Positions 27,278-32,000 of a stretch of DNA of 32,000 bases are shown here, one piece after another. Below the pieces are notes generated by a model. The model was not told where the DNA came from and ran no database searches. It saw only the letters and a list, made by a program, of their open reading frames with translations. Source of the DNA: Fastidiosibacter lacustris (GTDB taxonomy: Bacteria > Pseudomonadota > Gammaproteobacteria > Francisellales > Francisellaceae); contig NZ_QLIR01000002.1 of assembly GCF_003428155.1 (NCBI RefSeq), forward strand, positions 90,001 to 122,000, in the 5' to 3' direction. The position numbers were made by a program, and so were the translations under genes. Position 1 is the stretch's first letter; each line of letters starts with the position of its first letter.

Positions 27278-29731
27278 ATGTTCAATATTGCTGAGTTTCG
27301 CAAAAAACCTGACAGAATTACCGATTTATTGCCGTGGGCAGTGCTTGTTGATAAAGGTGTAATATTGAACAAAGATGGATCATTTCAAAAGACATTTGGT
27401 TTTCGTGGACCTGATTTGGAATCATCTACACAATCTCAACTTGTCTCAATTACAGCAAGGCTAAACAATACCTTAAAAAGGTTAGGTTCAGGCTGGGCAT
27501 TGTATATTGAGGCAAGACGCAAGCCTGCAATGCGTTACCCTTCGGAGAATTATTTCCCCGATCCAGTAAGTTGGCTTATGGATGTTGAGCGTAAGGATCT
27601 ATTCGAACGTAAGGGTGAAAACTATGAAAGTGAATATTTTTTAACTTTCCAATATTTACCGCAAAGAGAATCAGTATCCAAGTTATCAGGACTGTTTGTC
27701 AAAGAGAAAAAAAGTGATGATGAGCACGATACTGGTTACAAAAAACTGATGAATTATTTTTTGGCAACGATCAATCAACTGTACGATATCATGCAAGATT
27801 TCATGTATGAGATTGATGAGTTAAGCGATGAAGAAACGCTGACTTATTTGCATAATTGTATATCAGAGCGTGCACATAAGGTGACTGTACCGGACAATCC
27901 AAGCTATTTAGATGGAGTATTGGCAGATACGCCACTGTTAGGAGGGCTTGAACCTAAACTTGGTGAGTATTATTTAAAAACTATTTCTATCTTAGGTTTC
28001 CCAACAACTTCGGTGCCAGCTATTTTGGATGGTTTGAATCATTTACCGTTACAGTATCGTTGGGTCACACGTTTTTTGCCGTTAGACAAAGATGAAGCAG
28101 AAAAAGTACTCAAAAGTTATAAACGCCAATGGTTTGCTAAACGAAAAGGTGGTTTAACTATCTTAAAAGAGGTGATGTCCAAAAGCGAAAGTGCAATGGT
28201 TGATAGTGCAGCTGTGCAAAAATCCAATGATGCAGATGAAGCATTGTCAGAGCTATCAGATGATTTGGTATCTTTTGGCTACTACACGGCAACGGTGACG
28301 GTTTGGGATGCCGATAGGGAAAAAGTTTATGAGAAGCAGCGTGAAGTTGAACGGGTGGTAAATGGTTTAGGTTTTGTAACTGTTTCTGAAACGATTAATT
28401 CAGTTGAAGCTTGGCTATCGTCTATTCCTGGACAAGCAAATGCTAACGTGCGGACGCCTCTAATGCACAGTTTGAACTTAGCACATCTGTTACCATTTTC
28501 TGCCGTTTGGGCCGGACCAGAGATGAATATGCACTTGAATGCACCACCACTGTTGTATGCGCGTACTGCAGGCAATACGCCATTTAGGCTGTCTAACCAT
28601 ATTGGCGATGTTGGACATCAGATGATTTTAGGACCAACAGGAGCTGGTAAGTCAGTATTATTAAATGTGATGGCAGCACAGTTTCTGCGTTATCAAAATG
28701 CGCAAGTCTTTATTTTTGATAAAGGTGGTAGTTTTTTTGCATTAACTCAAGGGGTTAAAGGGCACTTTTATGAAGTTGGAGATGTTGGTAAGGGTGGTTT
28801 GGTGTTTCAACCTTTGGCTGAGATTGATCAAAATAGTGAACGAGTATGGGCACATGACTGGGTGCTTGGACTTTTGGAGAATGAGAAGGTTGAAATTACA
28901 CCAGAAGTAAAAGAAACAGTTTGGCTTGCACTTATTAATCTCTCAGAAGTTCCCAAGGAGCAAAGGACTCTAACGGGTTTAAGGTCTTTCGTTCAAGATA
29001 GGGCACTTAGAATGGCGTTGGACTCCTATGTATTAGGTGGTCCATATGGAGAAATTTTAGATTGTGATGAAGAGCATTTTAGTGATGCAAATTGGCAATG
29101 CTTTGAAATGGAACGCTTAATGGCGATGCCAAAGATTATTGCTCCTGTACTTGCTTATATCTTTCATGTATTAGAAAAACGATTTAATGGTTGCCCAAGT
29201 TTGATGATTTTAGATGAAGCATGGCTTTTCTTAGATCACCCAATTTTTGCATCAAAAATCAAAGAGTGGCTAAAAACGCTTAGAAAGTTAAATGTATCGG
29301 TTATTTTTGCTACACAATCCGTGGATGATGCCATTAAATCTCCTTTAGTATCAGCACTTAACGAGTCGTGTCCATCACGAATTTTCTTACCAAATGATCG
29401 TTCAATGGAGCCTGCTGTATCACAAGGTTATGAATCATTAGGGCTGAATTTAAGGCAAGTGCAAATTTTAGGGCACGCGATTCCGAAACGACAATATTAT
29501 TTTCAATCACACAAAGGGAATTGTTTGTTTGATTTGGGTTTAGGTCCAATTGCATTGGCATTTTGTGCAGTAAGTAAACCTCAAGAGAGAAAATACATGT
29601 GTGAGATTTTGGCGCAGAATAAAGGTTATAACTATTTTCTAAAAAGTTATTTACATGGCAAAGGATTGGATTGGGCATATGAAATAATAGAAAAGCATTA
29701 TAAAGGAGTAGACTTAAATGCAACCCAATAG
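27278..29731 (+). CDS. trbE: TrbE/VirB4-like conjugal-transfer ATPase
   Basis: 817 aa; Walker A GPTGAGKSVLLN, Walker B-like CPSLMILDEAWLFL, ATQSVDDA motif. Confidence 0.93.
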   Translation: MFNIAEFRKKPDRITDLLPWAVLVDKGVILNKDGSFQKTFGFRGPDLESSTQSQLVSITARLNNTLKRLGSGWALYIEARRKPAMRYPSENYFPDPVSWLMDVERKDLFERKGENYESEYFLTFQYLPQRESVSKLSGLFVKEKKSDDEHDTGYKKLMNYFLATINQLYDIMQDFMYEIDELSDEETLTYLHNCISERAHKVTVPDNPSYLDGVLADTPLLGGLEPKLGEYYLKTISILGFPTTSVPAILDGLNHLPLQYRWVTRFLPLDKDEAEKVLKSYKRQWFAKRKGGLTILKEVMSKSESAMVDSAAVQKSNDADEALSELSDDLVSFGYYTATVTVWDADREKVYEKQREVERVVNGLGFVTVSETINSVEAWLSSIPGQANANVRTPLMHSLNLAHLLPFSAVWAGPEMNMHLNAPPLLYARTAGNTPFRLSNHIGDVGHQMILGPTGAGKSVLLNVMAAQFLRYQNAQVFIFDKGGSFFALTQGVKGHFYEVGDVGKGGLVFQPLAEIDQNSERVWAHDWVLGLLENEKVEITPEVKETVWLALINLSEVPKEQRTLTGLRSFVQDRALRMALDSYVLGGPYGEILDCDEEHFSDANWQCFEMERLMAMPKIIAPVLAYIFHVLEKRFNGCPSLMILDEAWLFLDHPIFASKIKEWLKTLRKLNVSVIFATQSVDDAIKSPLVSALNESCPSRIFLPNDRSMEPAVSQGYESLGLNLRQVQILGHAIPKRQYYFQSHKGNCLFDLGLGPIALAFCAVSKPQERKYMCEILAQNKGYNYFLKSYLHGKGLDWAYEIIEKHYKGVDLNATQ

Positions 29732-30338
29732 CTTTCCTTTTGGTAAGGAGGTTCAGTCTTATCGTCAAGCTGAGGTCATAACACCCTTTCAAAAGCAGAA
29801 TCAGTTATTTGATAAACCAATCGGACAGCTTGTCTATAAGTCATATATTTGGCGCGTAGTATTTTTTTGTGGTGTTGGATTCAATTTTATTTTAACGCTT
29901 ATTTTAATCGCTTACTTTAATACTATTCCTTATAAAATTTTGGTTGAACAGATAACAAATAAGGGTTTTTTAAAGTCCCCGCCTCAAATTTTAAGCCCAA
30001 ATTACATTGTAAATGAAGCTGTTGTGGCTGAGTTTATCAAATCTATGTTATTAAGTGTAAAGGGTGATAAAGCGTATGAAAGTTTTGTTGATGAAGTATC
30101 ATGGTCGATTTTACAAGCTGGTTTAAAAAGTTTTAACAAAACACAGATGACACAATCTGTATTTAAAAATTTCATGATTAACGGTAACAACTTTAGCGTT
30201 GAATTAGTCGATAAAAACAACAAAGCAATTTTGATGATTTCTGGGAGGTTTGTTCATCAGCCACTTGAAACACAAAAACAGGTGAATATAAATCCTTTAG
30301 GAATTTATATTCAAAAACTGACAATCCAAAGGTTGTAA
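29718..30338 (+). CDS. VirB8/TrbF-like inner-membrane protein, first copy (divergent)
   Basis: 206 aa; single TM, then periplasmic domain ending NINPLGIYIQKLTIQR (VirB8/TrbF-type terminus); overlaps trbE end. Confidence 0.72.
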   Translation: MQPNSFPFGKEVQSYRQAEVITPFQKQNQLFDKPIGQLVYKSYIWRVVFFCGVGFNFILTLILIAYFNTIPYKILVEQITNKGFLKSPPQILSPNYIVNEAVVAEFIKSMLLSVKGDKAYESFVDEVSWSILQAGLKSFNKTQMTQSVFKNFMINGNNFSVELVDKNNKAILMISGRFVHQPLETQKQVNINPLGIYIQKLTIQRL

Positions 30339-30341
30339 TGA

Positions 30342-31010
30342 ATGAAAGAAGAGCAACAAGGTAAAACAAACTATCAACGAGCCTATGAAGAGTGGGAAGC
30401 TCGTATTGGTAGTGCTAAAAAGCAAGCACGTAATTGGATGATGGCAAGCATTGCGATTTTGATTATTTGTATTTTATTAGTGCTAGCAATTATCATCGAA
30501 GCAAATAGACAAAAAATGTATGTTTACGTTGCCGAAGTAAAACCACAAGAAAGTGTTGTCAATGTCCAAACAGCTTCACAGAGTTATGTTCCAACGGTGG
30601 CGCAGAAAATTTCGTTTGCAAGTGACTTCATTAAGAATATTACTGAAATTCCGCTTGATCCTATTGTTTTAAATCGCCAATGGCAAGCAGCACTACTTTC
30701 TGTATCAGGGCGAGCAGAAGATCAACTCAAACAAGTGTATCAAGCGCTTAACCCGTTAAAGTTGATTGGTGATAAAACCATTACCACAGTGGTGACAAAT
30801 GCAAATGAAGCGAGTAATAATAGTTTTGAAATCACGTTTCAAACGACAACTTATAACAGAGATGGTGCAGTTGAGAGTGTAAAAATTTACTCTGGAATTT
30901 TTACTTTCTCACCCAGCATTCCACCAAAAACTTTAAACCAAATGATCATTAATCCATTAGGGTTAAAATTAGGGTTCTTCTCATTTAGCGAAAAAGGATC
31001 AAGTCAATGA
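30342..31010 (+). CDS. trbF: TrbF/VirB8-like inner-membrane protein, second copy
   Basis: 222 aa; YQRAYEEWEARIGSAKKQARNWMMASIAILIICILLVLAI and C-terminal INPLGLKLGFFSFSEK, typical TrbF layout. Confidence 0.82.
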   Translation: MKEEQQGKTNYQRAYEEWEARIGSAKKQARNWMMASIAILIICILLVLAIIIEANRQKMYVYVAEVKPQESVVNVQTASQSYVPTVAQKISFASDFIKNITEIPLDPIVLNRQWQAALLSVSGRAEDQLKQVYQALNPLKLIGDKTITTVVTNANEASNNSFEITFQTTTYNRDGAVESVKIYSGIFTFSPSIPPKTLNQMIINPLGLKLGFFSFSEKGSSQ

Positions 31011-32000
31011 AATTGAAAAAAATAAGCCATTTACTTCCAATAACCACTATTGTAATGCTAGGTTGTGCAACCAATAGTTATCAAGGTGATATTGATTCAG
31101 GTAAATTTGTTGAAGCAAAGCAAGAAGGTAGTGCAGGTGCTAAAGTAATTCGTGAGTATATTCCTGTGCCTATGCCAGGACAACTTCGCCCTGTACCAAA
31201 TGCAGAAGTTGAAAAAACGACACAAAAACCAATTTTGACAAAAGAGCAAGTAGTTGCACAAGCGAATAAAAATGCACAACACTTTCCGGATCAAAACGAT
31301 TTCTTTAATGCAATGATGACATATAGTTATATGCCAGGTGCGATGTACACAATTTATACAGCACCTCTTAACATTACAGATATCGTCTTTGAACCTAATG
31401 AAAAAATCATTTCGCAAGCAGCAGGTGATACACTTAGATGGCAGATAGCATCTACTTATAGTGGCGAAGGAAAAGATTTGCGTTGGCATATTTTAGTTAA
31501 GCCACAAAAATCTGACCTTACTAACTCAATGATTATCACAACAAATAAGCGGACGTATCACGTGATCTTGAAATCAGTAGATCCAGATCAGGCAATGGTT
31601 TCAGTTAGATGGCAATACCCAAGTGATATGGTGCAAGGCTTTAATGGTGGTAATTTAGGGAATTTGAATGCTGGAGTTGAAAATAGTACATTACTGCCAC
31701 CACCACAACAATTATCAGGTATGGATTTAAATTTATCAGAGATGAAGTTTAACTATACTTGGAGCATGTTAAAAGGTGATACGCCAGCGTGGTACCCTGA
31801 GCAGATCTTTAGCTCAGGACATCAAACTTATATCAAATTCCCACATGAAGTCGTAGTCAGTAATGCGACGATGCCTGTCCCATTTATTAAATCAAATGAT
31901 GGTGGTTATGGTACGGCAAACTTCAACTGGCGGATGAAAGGCGATTATATGATTGTCGATACAGTAATCAAAGATGCATATTTGAAAATTGGAACAAAAC
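31007..32000 (+). CDS. trbG: TrbG/VirB9-like protein (truncated by window edge)
   Basis: Not in the ORF track. ATG at 31007 (ATGA overlap with trbF) opens MKLKKISHLLPITTIVMLGCATNSYQGD...LNITDIVFEPNEKIISQAAGDTLRWQI...YHVILKSVDPDQAMVSVRWQYP...KFNYTW, a lipobox plus the TrbG/VirB9 core. Confidence 0.88.
   Translation, partial: MKLKKISHLLPITTIVMLGCATNSYQGDIDSGKFVEAKQEGSAGAKVIREYIPVPMPGQLRPVPNAEVEKTTQKPILTKEQVVAQANKNAQHFPDQNDFFNAMMTYSYMPGAMYTIYTAPLNITDIVFEPNEKIISQAAGDTLRWQIASTYSGEGKDLRWHILVKPQKSDLTNSMIITTNKRTYHVILKSVDPDQAMVSVRWQYPSDMVQGFNGGNLGNLNAGVENSTLLPPPQQLSGMDLNLSEMKFNYTWSMLKGDTPAWYPEQIFSSGHQTYIKFPHEVVVSNATMPVPFIKSNDGGYGTANFNWRMKGDYMIVDTVIKDAYLKIGTK

Noticed and set aside
29358-29792. 144-aa minus-strand ORF under the 3' end of trbE
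   Set aside because: Long but antisense to conserved VirB4 C-terminus; composition looks like a reverse-complement artefact.
1-32000. CRISPR arrays, tRNA/rRNA genes, IS elements, phage genes or retron/defence modules
   Set aside because: I saw no regularly spaced repeats, tRNA-like cloverleaf blocks, transposases, integrases, reverse transcriptases or recognisable defence proteins.

Overview
AT-rich, gammaproteobacterial-looking chromosomal window. Left edge: a truncated MFS sugar porter (-), ugd (+), a small membrane protein and a FimV-like LysM protein (-). The most interesting part is a compact IncI/Dot-Icm-type (T4BSS) block at 3.9-14.2 kb on +: dotH/icmK, a short dotG/icmE, dotF/icmG-like, dotO/icmB, an unassigned 156-aa protein, dotI/icmL, an icmV-like gene and dotA. 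Four uncharacterised genes follow on the same strand: a secreted Cys-containing protein carrying a G8 tract, an 87-aa protein, a 381-aa Lys-rich protein and a 249-aa coiled-coil protein. Then comes an orphan LuxR-HTH regulator, tamB/tamA (-), tadA, a remnant of a zinc-type alcohol dehydrogenase/quinone oxidoreductase, a stand-alone beta-ketoacyl-synthase-like protein and asd. The right end holds a second, Trb/VirB-type (T4ASS) cluster with two tandem VirB8/TrbF-like genes, running off the window. The strongest non-coding signal is a 19-bp dyad (ATTCA-N9-TGAAT, 17/19 identical) in front of both dotH and the 87-aa gene. In both places it sits at the same distance (38 nt) from a TATTAT/TATAAT -10-like hexamer, which suggests one activator co-regulates the secretion machinery and the downstream candidate effector genes. 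All assignments come from reading the sequence; no database searches were run.
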